From contig JAHEKE010000007.1 of NCBI GenBank assembly GCA_024638505.1, positions 534 to 64,533 of the forward strand: a stretch of DNA of 64,000 bases, in the 5' to 3' direction. Of the stretch, positions 39,193 through 49,911 are shown in pieces. This DNA comes from Gammaproteobacteria bacterium. Lineage in GTDB: Bacteria > Pseudomonadota > Gammaproteobacteria > Arenicellales > JAANXG01. The position numbers were made by a program, and so were the translations under genes. The notes beneath the pieces are model-generated. The model made no database searches. It was not told where the DNA came from and saw nothing but the letters and a program-made list of their open reading frames with translations. How positions within the stretch are numbered: position 1 is the stretch's first letter; every line of letters starts with the position of its first letter.

Positions 39193-39879
39193 TTACACAT
39201 CAGTATCAGACAAAACACCAGGTTTCAGAATTTGCCCCCTTTCCGCTGTTTTGACGCGGGTTTTCCCCGCCTGTTTCCCCCTTCGCCGGTACCAGCGGTA
39301 TGCCAGTAGCACCATAAGTATGAGCGCATACTGTGCCGGCCCACTGATGTCCGCTTTGACCTGCAGGAAATGATGCAGCACGCCCAACACGGCAATCCCG
39401 TACACCAGGGCATGCAGTTTCTGCCAGCGCCGCCCGCCGAGTCTTCTGACCCAGCCATTTGTTGACGTAACGGCTAAGGGAACAAGCAAAACGAACGCGC
39501 TGAATCCAACCAGTATGTACGGTCGCTCGCTGATATCTTCCACGATGAATTGCCAGGCAAAGAACTGGTCCAGCATTAAATAAGTCAGAAAATGTAAACA
39601 GGCATAAAAGAAAGCGAATAAACCAAACATGCGGCGCAGCTTGATCAACGCATGCCAGCCGGTGACCTGTCGCACGGGGCTGACCGCCAGGGTGATCAAA
39701 AGAAGCCTGAGCCCCCATGTCCCTGTGACAGCAGTTATGTCGTCTACCGGGTCAGCATCGAGTTGGTTGGTGAGCCCGCGGTAGATCAAATCGGCTAAAG
39801 GCAGCAGGCACAGCAAAAAAACGGCTGGTTTCAGGCGTTTAATGAGTAAAGCCTGTTGCGCGAACGGCGAGGCAAACAC
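39193..39879 (-). CDS. msrQ: Protein-methionine-sulfoxide reductase haem-binding subunit
   Basis: Ferric-reductase-like 6-TM protein immediately after msrP (3-nt gap). About 200-228 aa. Confidence 0.85.
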   Translation of the reverse strand: MFASPFAQQALLIKRLKPAVFLLCLLPLADLIYRGLTNQLDADPVDDITAVTGTWGLRLLLITLAVSPVRQVTGWHALIKLRRMFGLFAFFYACLHFLTYLMLDQFFAWQFIVEDISERPYILVGFSAFVLLVPLAVTSTNGWVRRLGGRRWQKLHALVYGIAVLGVLHHFLQVKADISGPAQYALILMVLLAYRWYRRRGKQAGKTRVKTAERGQILKPGVLSDTDV

Positions 39880-39882
39880 GAA

Positions 39883-40842
39883 TTAATACAGTTTTGTCGG
39901 ATCCATCCCGCGATAAAGGGAGGCGACCTGCTCGCCGTAGCCATTAAAAGGAAGCGTTGGTCTTTTAAGAAACTCACCTATGCGGCGTTCACGGGCCTGG
40001 CTCCAGCGGGGATGCGGGACTTCGGGATTGACGTTGGCGTAGAAGCCGTATTCGCGCGGTGCCTGCGCCTGCCAGGTATTGAGCGGTTGGTCTTCGCTCA
40101 GTTTGATTTTGACTATGGATTTAATGCTCTTAAACCCATACTTCCAGGGTACGACCAAACGAATGGGTGCGCCGTTCTGTCCCGGTAATTCTTCTCCATA
40201 CAGTCCCACTGCCAGGATTGTCAGCGGATGAACAGCTTCATCGATACGCAACCCCTCACGATAGGGCCAGTCCAGAACACTGCCAAACAAACTCTTGTGC
40301 TGGCCCGGCATACGCTCCGGGTCATACAGTGTCTCAAATTCGACGTACTTGGCACGTGAGTTGGGCTCAGCGTGGGCGATGAGTTTGTGTAATGGAAATC
40401 CCACCCACGGAACCACCATAGACCAGGCTTCAACGCAGCGCAGCCGGTAAATGCGCTCTTCCAGATCGAAAAGTTTGATCAGTTCATCCACATCAAAGGT
40501 CTTGGGGCGATTCACCTCTCCTGCAACCTCTAACGTCCACGGCCGGCTTTTGAAATCTCGCGCGAGTTCCGCCGGGCCGCGTTTATCGGTAGAAAATTCG
40601 TAAAAATTGTTATAGGTCGTGACGGCTTTATACGGCGTGAGTTCCTCATTCGTACTGAACGCACTTTTTTGCAGGCTTTCAAACACAAGTTTGGCCTGTG
40701 TAACCGGGCTGTGCAGCAGCATAGGGACAGCGCCCAAGGCGAGCATAGCGCCGCTGGTTTTTATGAATTCGCGACGCCTTTTGAACATGACATAGTCCGT
40801 TATCTCCGATGCTTTGATGTCCCGTGGTTTATTAATCAGCAT
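39883..40842 (-). CDS. msrP: Protein-methionine-sulfoxide reductase catalytic (molybdopterin) subunit
   Basis: Tat signal [18 protein letters not shown]. YedY-type sulfite-oxidase fold ([21 protein letters not shown]). Confidence 0.9.
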   Translation of the reverse strand: MLINKPRDIKASEITDYVMFKRRREFIKTSGAMLALGAVPMLLHSPVTQAKLVFESLQKSAFSTNEELTPYKAVTTYNNFYEFSTDKRGPAELARDFKSRPWTLEVAGEVNRPKTFDVDELIKLFDLEERIYRLRCVEAWSMVVPWVGFPLHKLIAHAEPNSRAKYVEFETLYDPERMPGQHKSLFGSVLDWPYREGLRIDEAVHPLTILAVGLYGEELPGQNGAPIRLVVPWKYGFKSIKSIVKIKLSEDQPLNTWQAQAPREYGFYANVNPEVPHPRWSQARERRIGEFLKRPTLPFNGYGEQVASLYRGMDPTKLY

Positions 40843-41002
40843 GGCGGTGTGTCTTCACCCATGTCTTTTCCGATTTGGATTAGAAAATGTGTTAAACGAC
40901 AAAGTTTATGGATTTTGAAGATTTTTACCAGCTACGATTTTAACCTTTGCCAAAGAGTTTTAGCCTGGACGGCTCTATGACTTAGGCTATTCTTTAGTAA
41001 TC

Positions 41003-41227
41003 ATGAGTCGATCAATGAAAAGATCTAAAATAGACCGCCGCGGCGTGTCTGATTTGAGCTACTTTGCCCGGGGTGGGGCCGAGCGGCGCGACTATGCTGA
41101 GAGAAGGGACGGCGCTGAACCGACAGCAAAAAACACGCCCAATCTCCTGGATCGTGCAGCCTGGGCGGGTATTGTGCTGCTGGGCATCGTTGCCACCGTG
41201 TTGCTGATAAACATCCTGTCGCAATAA
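41003..41227 (+). CDS. Arg-rich small protein, paralog A (C-terminal hydrophobic helix)
   Basis: Shares DRR..SDLSYFARGGAERR..ERR with ORFs B and C. Ends in AAWAGIVLLGIVATVLLINIL. No clear SD. Confidence 0.45.
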   Translation: MSRSMKRSKIDRRGVSDLSYFARGGAERRDYAERRDGAEPTAKNTPNLLDRAAWAGIVLLGIVATVLLINILSQ

Positions 41228-41252
41228 AAGCCTGTACCCACCAGTCACTGCC

Positions 41253-41444
41253 TCAATCTGGCTTGGGCACGCTGCTCCAATGGTCGACCCGAGCCCAGTT
41301 TTTTCGACGCTCCTTCTTCACGCGTCGCTCTGATCCAGCGCGTCTCTCTACCCCGCCGCACGCGAAATACTCCAAGTCGTGAGCCTGCCGTCGATCATTT
41401 CCTGAGCGGCGGTCACGAATCGACCTTTTGTTCGTTTCATTCAT
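41253..41444 (-). CDS. Arg-rich small protein, paralog B
   Basis: RDRRSGNDRRQAHDLEYFACGGVERRAGSERR...WARVDHWSSV. ATG at 41444 preceded by GAGGG at 8 nt. Confidence 0.55.
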   Translation of the reverse strand: MNETNKRSIRDRRSGNDRRQAHDLEYFACGGVERRAGSERRVKKERRKNWARVDHWSSVPKPD

Positions 41445-41822
41445 GGGTGCTACCCTCAACCGATGTCTTGAGCAATTGCCTTAGTTAAAAGCATAGTTGG
41501 TGCTGCCCATTCCGCTACTTAACTTAACTTCTAAGTTTTAAGCGATAAGTTATTGTATGTGAAAGGAGCTCTACTGACTAAAGAACGCCCGCCAAGCCAT
41601 GAAAATGCCTGTCCCAAAGCGGGAAACCAGAGGCAGGCGCGGAAATGCATGGAAAAATATTTATTAATTATAGAGGGTTAGAGCGCAAATCTAATCTTTG
41701 ATGAGAGGTATTTTTTGGCTTTGACCGCGGTAATAGACATCTCTGGCCCTGTATTTGGCAAGTCATGTAATATTTGACTTAAACGCCCTGTATTGTTGTA
41801 AATCTATGCCCATTCCCTGTCT

Positions 41823-42053
41823 TTGCACGTGAGTTGGATCAACCGGAGGTCTGGAATAGATAGGCGTTATGGCGTTGAGCGAAGACGAGTGCATGACCTC
41901 ACTTATTTCAAACGAGGTGGAATTGAGCGACGAAGCGGTGACGAACGCCGTAAAACCCCTGAACTCAGGGAGGATTGGGTGCGAATCGACCGCTGGAGCA
42001 GCGTAAAAAGAAGCGTAATTTTGGACCCTGAAGAGTACTTTCCCCTGCCCTGA
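41823..42053 (+). CDS. Arg-rich small protein, paralog C
   Basis: IDRRYGVERRRVHDLTYFKRGGIERRSGDERR...WVRIDRWSSV. TTG or GTG start with no clear SD. Confidence 0.5.
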   Translation: MHVSWINRRSGIDRRYGVERRRVHDLTYFKRGGIERRSGDERRKTPELREDWVRIDRWSSVKRSVILDPEEYFPLP

Positions 42054-42204
42054 CGCTGGGCTCCTAGGCGGGGGTTTACAACAGTTTTGTGCGACCGTTA
42101 TGCGTTGCGCCAGCTGTAAATTTACCCGAGATGCCGTTATCTCCTCCCGCATGGACTAGACTTTGTAGGATACAAACGGGAGTACGATCTCCGGGGGTAG
42201 TCGA

Positions 42205-42621
42205 ATGACGGGAATGAGGCTGAAAGAAGCGCGTAAGGAGGCGGGCCTCACGCTCGAAAAATTGGCAGCAGAAGCCGGTGTCAGTAAGCAATCGATCGCC
42301 TTGATAGAGTCGGGAAAGACGAAAGGCCCGCGATCCGACACTTTATTCAAGATTGCCGATACGCTGGGAGTTGAACCAAGATGGCTGGTAACCGGTTCGG
42401 GTCCTAAACAGCGCAACAACCACGGTAATATCAATCAAGAGTTACTGGCAAGCATTGCCGCGTCGATCAGTTCGTCCGCCCAAGAACGAGAGATCAAATT
42501 GACGGCGGAACAGTTTGCTGAACTGGTAGCGTACATTTACGATGCACAGATGTCCGGCAGGTTTGACCAGGACCCGCTGTCCACGCTAATTGCCTTCGCA
42601 GCTAACCTCGACAGTGGGTGA
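42205..42621 (+). CDS. XRE-family (Cro/CI-type HTH) transcriptional regulator
   Basis: LKEARKEAGLTLEKLAAEAGVSKQSIALIESGKT HTH, plus an uncharacterised C-terminal half. Confidence 0.8.
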   Translation: MTGMRLKEARKEAGLTLEKLAAEAGVSKQSIALIESGKTKGPRSDTLFKIADTLGVEPRWLVTGSGPKQRNNHGNINQELLASIAASISSSAQEREIKLTAEQFAELVAYIYDAQMSGRFDQDPLSTLIAFAANLDSG

Positions 42622-42654
42622 AGATCCGAGGTGATTTTCCGTGCGGTGCCCGCG

Positions 42655-44385
42655 CTACGCTGGCGCCATATCTCTTGTCTTGATGCGTCGTGCGAGCCAG
42701 GAAAAAAAGTAGCCTCGGGGTGGATCGATTCCCGTTGCCAGGTAATACAGCGTGTAGGGATTGTTCAAGTTTGCCAGCAACATCCGTTCACCCTGTTCGG
42801 TACCGCAGAAAACGATTTCGTCACCGCGTAGAACTTGCTCTGAGTCATCCGGTAACATTATGCATTGGCCATCACGCTGAATCATCAGCGGCACAGAGGC
42901 CAGCGCATGAGTAGGTTGTTGTGGGTTTTTTATCAGGTCCTCGAGTCTGAGCTCGCCTCCAGCTTTGAGCAGCTGGGTCGCCGCAGCTGCCTCGGAATCG
43001 CACAGATTAGCCCTCCACAGATGAGGGATCCGTTCTCCAACCGCGTTGTTGAGCCGGCGGATGAGATACTGCGTCGCGGCCTCGTCCTGCGTCCGCAGGT
43101 GGTCAATCAGCGTCTGTATCAGCGGTGAGATGAGATACTTCAGGATTCTGCGGGCCGTGGTCAGGCTGGATTGCAGAGTCAAGTTAGCACTTGCAGCATC
43201 GAAGGCCAGCTGGTTTTCGTGGTTGTTCTGCCGGACGATACTAAACGCGTCGGGATTGAGGGCCTGCACGTTCAACAAAATACTGAGGTTGTCGGAATCG
43301 CTGTTGGTACAGGCGACAATGCCTGCTGCTTTCTCCACACCTGCGCGTTCGAGGGTCTTGCGGTCGGCGTGGGCCCGAATCAACCGTCCTGCGGCAGCGG
43401 TTTCTTCGGCATCCGGGTCAATTATGGTCGAACGAACCCCCTGCCCCACCATGTATTTGTCAATCCACTGCCCCATGCGGCCGTAGCCACACAGTATCCA
43501 ATCCCCGGTTGGGACATTCAGCGGGTTTCCCAACTGCACGCCGTGTGCCCGCACCAGCCAGCTGTTCAGGTTATGTAGCCAAGGATGGGTGATCGCCATA
43601 CTCAGCAGCTGCGCGAAGATCTCAAACGGGTCAATCACAGTTACGTTTCCCATCTCCTTTAAATGTTCCTCGTGGCGCAATGAAGTCGAGCTGCAGACCA
43701 CTTTTACATCGGGATTAAGAAACTTTGCCATGACGGTAATTTTGAGGCTGACGTCCTCATCATTGATCAGCACGACCACACCTTTACAGTTGCTTTGCTT
43801 GACACCTGCATCAACCAGATGTTTGGGCACGCTGGCATCAGCGCACAGGCCCGGCATCCTGATTTTATAATCGCGTAATCCCAGCGCCTTAATGCGTTCC
43901 AGATCGCTGTCGATGATGACCGCTGCAAGCCCGTGGTCACTCAGCCCGCGCGCCAGTAGGCTGCCGGTGTCACCAAACCCGCAAATGATGAAAAACGGCT
44001 CCGAGATTCGTTTTACCGTGCGGGCAAAACTCCTCTCGTTGACGGCCTGGATAAAATGAGGATTTTGTAGGAGACGAATGGTTGAGCCGATGGCATAAAA
44101 CCAGGCGATAACTCCCGTGTATAGGCAAAAAATTGCCCACAGTCTCTGCTGGTCACTGAATTCGCTGGGTATCTCGCCAAACCCGGTGGTGGTGGCGGTG
44201 TAAGTAAAGAAATAGAAAGCGTGAAACAGGCTCATGTATTCCGGATTCCCGTCCACGTCACGACCGGGGATCAGCGCCATGCCGGTAATGCCAACGGCGT
44301 AAACGAGCACGATGGCGAAGAATGGTCTGCGCATATAGCGCAGAACGACCATAGAGACCCGATCGAGCTCGGAGGTGGAAGCCAA
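42655..44385 (-). CDS. Two-TM potassium-channel-family protein with two RCK/TrkA-N domains
   Basis: Pore helix and filter YTATTTGFGEIP. Rossmann motifs ICGFGDTGSLLA and LCGYGRMGQ. Start is TTG 44385 or ATG 44352. Confidence 0.8.
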   Translation of the reverse strand: MASTSELDRVSMVVLRYMRRPFFAIVLVYAVGITGMALIPGRDVDGNPEYMSLFHAFYFFTYTATTTGFGEIPSEFSDQQRLWAIFCLYTGVIAWFYAIGSTIRLLQNPHFIQAVNERSFARTVKRISEPFFIICGFGDTGSLLARGLSDHGLAAVIIDSDLERIKALGLRDYKIRMPGLCADASVPKHLVDAGVKQSNCKGVVVLINDEDVSLKITVMAKFLNPDVKVVCSSTSLRHEEHLKEMGNVTVIDPFEIFAQLLSMAITHPWLHNLNSWLVRAHGVQLGNPLNVPTGDWILCGYGRMGQWIDKYMVGQGVRSTIIDPDAEETAAAGRLIRAHADRKTLERAGVEKAAGIVACTNSDSDNLSILLNVQALNPDAFSIVRQNNHENQLAFDAASANLTLQSSLTTARRILKYLISPLIQTLIDHLRTQDEAATQYLIRRLNNAVGERIPHLWRANLCDSEAAAATQLLKAGGELRLEDLIKNPQQPTHALASVPLMIQRDGQCIMLPDDSEQVLRGDEIVFCGTEQGERMLLANLNNPYTLYYLATGIDPPRGYFFSWLARRIKTRDMAPA

Positions 44386-44390
44386 AGGGA

Positions 44391-44768
44391 TTAACGGCGT
44401 GACATGAGGGTATCACCGATCAGGATGACGGCGGAAACGATGTTGGCAACCAGCGCACCGGCGGCAATAGAGACTATGGTGACCATCGCCTCAGGAGCCA
44501 GGCCCACGTCGGTCTTGGCCACAATCCAGATAATACGCGCCGTAATCAACAATAGATCAGTCACCAGACTCGCTGCCAGCAACAGCGCACCGACCTGGGT
44601 GCGATCGCCCAGCTTCAACCCGGTCGCGATTAAACTGACCAGGATGGCGATCGTAAGCACCCACACGTTATGGTGCTTATAGTTGTCGATCTCACCTACG
44701 ACGAAGACGAAATTCAACGTCAGCGCGAGGAGAATGAAGAACCCGAAGATCACCCTTTCTAAATTCAT
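44391..44768 (-). CDS. Small 4-TM membrane protein, co-oriented partner of the channel
   Basis: 125 aa, strongly hydrophobic. Stop lies 5 nt before the channel ORF. Confidence 0.6.
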   Translation of the reverse strand: MNLERVIFGFFILLALTLNFVFVVGEIDNYKHHNVWVLTIAILVSLIATGLKLGDRTQVGALLLAASLVTDLLLITARIIWIVAKTDVGLAPEAMVTIVSIAAGALVANIVSAVILIGDTLMSRR

Positions 44769-44840
44769 GTCCGGTTCTCAATAAACGTCTGGCTTCACAG
44801 AATACTACTGAAGCAACGTCAGGTCACCATTCAAAAGGGT

Positions 44841-46241
44841 TCAATCCTTCAAGCTACCGATCATTTCCTCCGGTCTAACCCACTCGTCGTATTCCTCTTC
44901 CGTTACGTAGCCCAGGCGCAGAGCCTCCTCTTTCAGGGTTGTTCCGTTTACGTGGGCTGCGTTGGCTATTTCAGCGGCTTTGTAGTAACCGATTCTGGTG
45001 TTCAATGCGGTCACAAGCATCAGAGAGTTGTTTACCAGTTCGGTAATTCTGGACTGATTTAGTTCGATGCCCACCGCGCAGTTATCGTTGAAAGATCTTA
45101 CGCTATCGCCCAGCAGTACGGCGCTCTGCAGAAAATTAGCGGCCATCACCGGCTTGAATACGTTTAATTCGAAGTGGCCCTGCGTCCCGGCGACTGTGAT
45201 CGCCACATCATTTCCCATCACCTGTGCGCACACCATGGTGAGCGCTTCTATCTGTGTAGGATTGACTTTGCCGGGCATGATAGATGAACCGGGTTCATTA
45301 GCTGGAATAATCAACTCGCCGATGCCAGAGCGCGGTCCGGAAATCATCATTCTTAAATCGTTGGCAATCTTATTTAAAGAGACGGCCAGCAGTTTAAGAG
45401 CGCCGTGGCTTTCAACGATTGCGTCATGTGCCGCCAAAGCTTCGAACTTGTTTTCGGCGGAAACGAATGGTAACCCGGTGAATTCGGCAATCTTAGCCGC
45501 AACCATGACGTCATATCCGTTCGGGGTATTCAGACCGGTGCCTACCGCCGTCCCCCCCAAAGCCAGCTCGGCCAGGTGAGGCAAGGTATTTTCCAGCGCT
45601 GTCATTCCGTGCTGCAGCTGTGATACGTATCCGGAAAACTCCTGCCCGACGGTCAGCGGGGTAGCATCCATCAGATGGGTACGCCCGATTTTAACCACAT
45701 CTTTAAACGCCTCCGATTTGGCGTGCAGGGTATTTTTTAGCTGCTCAATCTGCGGCATTGTTTCCTCCACCAGCTGCTTGTAGCAGGCGATGTGCATAGC
45801 CGTCGGGAACGTATCATTCGAAGACTGAGATTTGTTGACATCGTCGTTAGCCAGAACTGTGGGCTCGCCTTGTCCGATGGTCTTGCCGTCGATGACGTGG
45901 GCCCTATTGGCAATGACCTCGTTGCAGTTCATGTTGCTTTGCGTACCGGAACCGGTTTGCCAGATGACCAGGGGGAATTGATCGTCCAGTTGCCTCGCTA
46001 GAATCTCATCACAAACCGTGGAGATGAGGTCCCTCTTTTCCTTCGATAATGCACCCAATTCATAATTAGCGTGTGCTGCGGCCTTCTTGAGGTAGGCGAA
46101 TCCGTAAATCACCTCCAGCGGCATCGACGCCTGCGGGCCTATCTTGAAATTGTTTCTCGAACGCTCCGTCTGAGCGCCCCAGTATTTGTCCGCCGGCACG
46201 CGCACTTCACCCATGGTGTCTTTTTCAATTCTGTATTGCAT
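44841..46241 (-). CDS. fumC: Class II fumarate hydratase
   Basis: [13 protein letters not shown] signature. 466 aa. Confidence 0.95.
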   Translation of the reverse strand: MQYRIEKDTMGEVRVPADKYWGAQTERSRNNFKIGPQASMPLEVIYGFAYLKKAAAHANYELGALSKEKRDLISTVCDEILARQLDDQFPLVIWQTGSGTQSNMNCNEVIANRAHVIDGKTIGQGEPTVLANDDVNKSQSSNDTFPTAMHIACYKQLVEETMPQIEQLKNTLHAKSEAFKDVVKIGRTHLMDATPLTVGQEFSGYVSQLQHGMTALENTLPHLAELALGGTAVGTGLNTPNGYDVMVAAKIAEFTGLPFVSAENKFEALAAHDAIVESHGALKLLAVSLNKIANDLRMMISGPRSGIGELIIPANEPGSSIMPGKVNPTQIEALTMVCAQVMGNDVAITVAGTQGHFELNVFKPVMAANFLQSAVLLGDSVRSFNDNCAVGIELNQSRITELVNNSLMLVTALNTRIGYYKAAEIANAAHVNGTTLKEEALRLGYVTEEEYDEWVRPEEMIGSLKD

Positions 46242-46357
46242 GTTTCAAGGACTCATCTGACCATACACAATTTGTTATGGCAATGTAGACTACAAGGTTC
46301 CAGCTAAGATGGACAGAAACAAACTGCATCCAACCCGGCATCAACGTCAACCGCAGA

Positions 46358-46903
46358 CTAACGCACGGGGTCTGGGCAAATCTGTTTCAGCCGGCAGGTA
46401 TCGCAATGTTCTCCAATCCAGAACTGATCAAAAAGTGTTGCCAGACGATCGACCCATACTTTATCGCTGGAGACAACCCCGATTTCGAGGTTCCGCTTGT
46501 CCGGCGATTTCGCGCCCAAACCAGCACCCGTAAAATTGGCGGACCCGCAGTAACCAAAATCCCCATCTACAATAACCATCTTCCAGTGTGATCGAGGGCA
46601 GATCTGCAGTTCTAGCGAGTCTTCAACCAGACGCGGGTAGGCTTCAAGCGTGGTCCGAAAATATTTCGACGGCAAGGCGCTGTGCACGATGCGAAAGCTC
46701 ACGCCGCGTTGCGCCATGGTGTCGAATATGTCCAGGATGGGCTTGAAATGGCGGCCTGAACGTATGTGCATGTCTTTGAGATCTGCGGTTGCAATCCACA
46801 CCTGGGTGCGCGCCGACAGCAGGTGCTCCTCAACTACCACCCGGTGCAGCTCTCTACCCGTAACAAGCTGCACATTGTGTGTACTTTGCTTGTTTTCTGA
46901 CAT
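46358..46903 (-). CDS. Small phospholipase D-family (HKD, Nuc-like) protein
   Basis: Single HKD motif HWKMVIVDGDFGYCGSANFT. ATG at 46903 preferred over the TTG-initiated track ORF from 47074. Confidence 0.7.
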   Translation of the reverse strand: MSENKQSTHNVQLVTGRELHRVVVEEHLLSARTQVWIATADLKDMHIRSGRHFKPILDIFDTMAQRGVSFRIVHSALPSKYFRTTLEAYPRLVEDSLELQICPRSHWKMVIVDGDFGYCGSANFTGAGLGAKSPDKRNLEIGVVSSDKVWVDRLATLFDQFWIGEHCDTCRLKQICPDPVR

Positions 46904-47108
46904 CGGCGTTTTCCCCGGACGCGAGTACGCCCGACAATCTATACCAATTCTCGCCGTGAATCGCAGCTTTTCTCGCGCCAGTCGCGGTAAATCTGGATAG
47001 GGCGCCGTTGCTTCGAACTGGTGCGGCTGGTATTTGTCAAAGCTGTCGGATTTCGAAGTTCGTTGGATAGACAATTGAAGTTCAATTTACAAAACCGCGG
47101 CAAAGACC

Positions 47109-47122
47109 TTGATCTACATCAA
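47109..47122. promoter_or_regulatory. FNR/Anr box, perfect TTGAT-N4-ATCAA
   Basis: ttgatctacatcaa read directly, 105 nt upstream of the Yip1-ccoNOQP unit. Confidence 0.6.
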
Positions 47123-47226
47123 TGCTCTTTTTTCGCGCCTATTCCATGCTACCTGCCGATCCGAATACGCGGTTACAATCGCGCCTAGTTTTGATGTTAT
47201 TCGCTAAAATACAACAAATTTGAGGT

Positions 47227-47838
47227 TTGAAAGTGATACTCAAACATGTATGGGGCATTCTTTCCGAGCCCAGGCTAACGTGGGGCAGCATTCGCGATGA
47301 AAGATGGTCTGCAGCACAAATCTACCTTGGTGTAATCATACCGCTGTCGCTGATTTCCCCCGTTGCTGGCTACATCGGGACCACCCAATTTGGTTGGCAG
47401 ATAGGACCGGGCGGTCCGGTGACGTTGACACCCTCGAGTGCGATACAAATAAGCGTGGCTTATTTTGGCGCAATACTGATCTCGGTTTTCGTAATTTCAC
47501 TGCTTATCAGATGGATGTCTGAGACCTACGGCGAGATAAAACCGCTGACTCGGTGCTTAGCTTTAGCTGCGTATACCGCGGTCCCGCTTTTCCTGGTTGG
47601 AGTAGTCCAGATTTTTCCTGTTTTATGGATTAACTTTTTATTTGGGCTGCCTGCATTGGCCTACTCGGTTTACCTGCTTTATTCCGGAGTGCCAATCATG
47701 ATGGACATCCCTCCGGAAAAGGGATTTCTTTTTGCCAGTGCCGTTCTGGCTGTTGGACTGGTGGCGCTGGTTGGCCTGCTGGCATCGACCGTGGTCCTAT
47801 GGAGCTTCGGGCTGGGACCCGCATTCATATCTAATTAA
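47227..47838 (+). CDS. Yip1-domain membrane protein
   Basis: 203 aa, 5 predicted TM segments, N-terminal region like Yip1-family proteins. TTG 47227 or GTG 47233. Confidence 0.6.
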   Translation: MKVILKHVWGILSEPRLTWGSIRDERWSAAQIYLGVIIPLSLISPVAGYIGTTQFGWQIGPGGPVTLTPSSAIQISVAYFGAILISVFVISLLIRWMSETYGEIKPLTRCLALAAYTAVPLFLVGVVQIFPVLWINFLFGLPALAYSVYLLYSGVPIMMDIPPEKGFLFASAVLAVGLVALVGLLASTVVLWSFGLGPAFISN

Positions 47839-47876
47839 TTAAGAAAAAGACTGTAATCAAACGGAGACTGAACAGC

Positions 47877-49289
47877 ATGTCGAGTTCGGATACGTACAAC
47901 TATCAGGTGGTCAAACAGTTCGCTGTGATGACGGTCGTATGGGGAGTGGTAGGCATGCTGGTCGGCGTGCTCATTGCTGCTCAAATGGCCTGGCCCTTAC
48001 TCAATTTTGACATTCCATGGCTGACTTTCGGCAGGCTGCGGCCTCTGCACACTAACGCCGTGATTTTTGCTTTTGGCGGCAGCGCTTTGTTTGCAACTTC
48101 TTACTATGTTGTGCAGCGCACCTGCGGCGTTCGTTTGATCTCGGATAAACTGGCCGCATTTACCTTCTGGGGTTGGCAACTCGTTATCGTATCAGCCGCA
48201 ATAACGCTCCCCCTGGGCATCACTACCAGCAAAGAGTACGCAGAGCTTGAGTGGCCGATCGACGTTTTGATCACTATTGTGTGGGTAGCCTACGCCGTTG
48301 TTTTTTTCGGCACAATCGCGATCAGGAAGGTTCAGCATATTTACGTGGCAAACTGGTTTTTCGGTGGTTTTATTCTGACCATAGCCTTGCTGCATGTAGT
48401 TAACAGCGCCGCCATACCCGTATCTTTTTGGAAATCCTACTCGGTGTTTGCCGGCGTGCAGGATGCCATGGTGCAGTGGTGGTACGGGCATAACGCGGTG
48501 GGTTTTTTCCTGACCGCCGGTTTCCTCGGCATCATGTATTACTTTATTCCCAAGCAGGCAGAGCGTCCGATTTACTCCTATCGGCTCTCTGTGGTGCATT
48601 TCTGGGCGCTCGCTTTTACCTACATCTGGGCTGGTCCACATCACCTGCACTATACGGCACTGCCGGACTGGGCGCAGTCACTGGGCATGGTGTTCTCGCT
48701 CATCCTACTGGCACCCTCATGGGGAGGCATGATCAACGGTATCATGACCCTGTCCGGGGCGTGGGAAAAGCTGCGCACCGATCCGATTTTGAAGTTTCTG
48801 ATCGTGTCCGTATCGTTTTACGGGATGTCTACGTTTGAAGGCCCAATGATGTCGATCAAGACGGTCAACGCCCTATCCCACTATACGGACTGGACTATTG
48901 GGCATGTGCACTCCGGCGCTCTTGGCTGGGTAGGATTCATATCCATTGGCGCCATGTACTACCTTATTCCCCGTCTGTTCAACCGAGAGCTGTACAGCCT
49001 CAAGCTGGTGGAGACGCACTTCTGGATAGCCACCATCGGTATCGTGCTGTACATCACCGCCATGTGGATCTCGGGAATCATGCAGGGTCTGATGTGGCGG
49101 GCGGTCGATCCCGACGGCACCTTGACCTACAGCTTCGTTGAAAGCGTGCAGGCCATGCATCCTTACTATGTGATCCGCTTCCTGGGAGGGCTGTTGTACC
49201 TGACGGGAATGCTGATGATGGCGTACAACATCGCGCGCACCATCGCCGGCCATGCCTCGGTGCGTGCGGTAGCACCGAGCCCGGCCTGA
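47877..49289 (+). CDS. ccoN: cbb3-type cytochrome c oxidase subunit I
   Basis: Haem-copper oxidase core with His ligands ([37 protein letters not shown]). Confidence 0.95.
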   Translation: MSSSDTYNYQVVKQFAVMTVVWGVVGMLVGVLIAAQMAWPLLNFDIPWLTFGRLRPLHTNAVIFAFGGSALFATSYYVVQRTCGVRLISDKLAAFTFWGWQLVIVSAAITLPLGITTSKEYAELEWPIDVLITIVWVAYAVVFFGTIAIRKVQHIYVANWFFGGFILTIALLHVVNSAAIPVSFWKSYSVFAGVQDAMVQWWYGHNAVGFFLTAGFLGIMYYFIPKQAERPIYSYRLSVVHFWALAFTYIWAGPHHLHYTALPDWAQSLGMVFSLILLAPSWGGMINGIMTLSGAWEKLRTDPILKFLIVSVSFYGMSTFEGPMMSIKTVNALSHYTDWTIGHVHSGALGWVGFISIGAMYYLIPRLFNRELYSLKLVETHFWIATIGIVLYITAMWISGIMQGLMWRAVDPDGTLTYSFVESVQAMHPYYVIRFLGGLLYLTGMLMMAYNIARTIAGHASVRAVAPSPA

Positions 49290-49299
49290 GGAGATCAAT

Positions 49300-49911
49300 A
49301 TGTCACTGCAACAAACGGCGGAAAAGAACGTCACTGTATTGATTATCCTGATTGTGCTGGTGGTAAGCGTTGGCGGTCTGGTTCAAATCACACCGCTGTT
49401 TTTCCAAACTAGCCTGACCGAACCCGTAACCGGGCTCAAGCCCTACTCCGCACTGCAGCTTGTCGGCCGCGACGTGTACGTTAGAGAGGGATGCTATACC
49501 TGTCATTCACAGATGATTAGGCCGTTTCGATCGGAAACCGAGCGCTATGGCCATTACTCGGTGGCCGGTGAATTTGTATACGACCGCCCCTTTCAGTGGG
49601 GCTCGAAAAGGACCGGCCCCGATCTGGCCCGGGTCGGCGGCCGCTATAGCGATGACTGGCACCGGGTACACATGAACAATCCGCGCGATGTCGTTCCGGA
49701 ATCGATTATGCCGGGCTATCCCTGGTTGCAGAACAATGCAGTAGATGTGAACTCAACTATTCGGAAAATGCTGGTTCTGCGAAAACTTGGGCACCCCTAC
49801 AGCGATGAAGAGATTCAGAACGTGCAGGAAATGGTCTCCGGTAAAACTGAACTTGACGCCGTCGTGGCGTACCTGCAGAGCCTGGGTATCGCGATAAAAA
49901 GCAGGAGGTGA
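49300..49911 (+). CDS. ccoO: cbb3-type cytochrome c oxidase subunit II (monohaem)
   Basis: CYTCHSQ haem-c site. 203 aa. Confidence 0.95.
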   Translation: MSLQQTAEKNVTVLIILIVLVVSVGGLVQITPLFFQTSLTEPVTGLKPYSALQLVGRDVYVREGCYTCHSQMIRPFRSETERYGHYSVAGEFVYDRPFQWGSKRTGPDLARVGGRYSDDWHRVHMNNPRDVVPESIMPGYPWLQNNAVDVNSTIRKMLVLRKLGHPYSDEEIQNVQEMVSGKTELDAVVAYLQSLGIAIKSRR

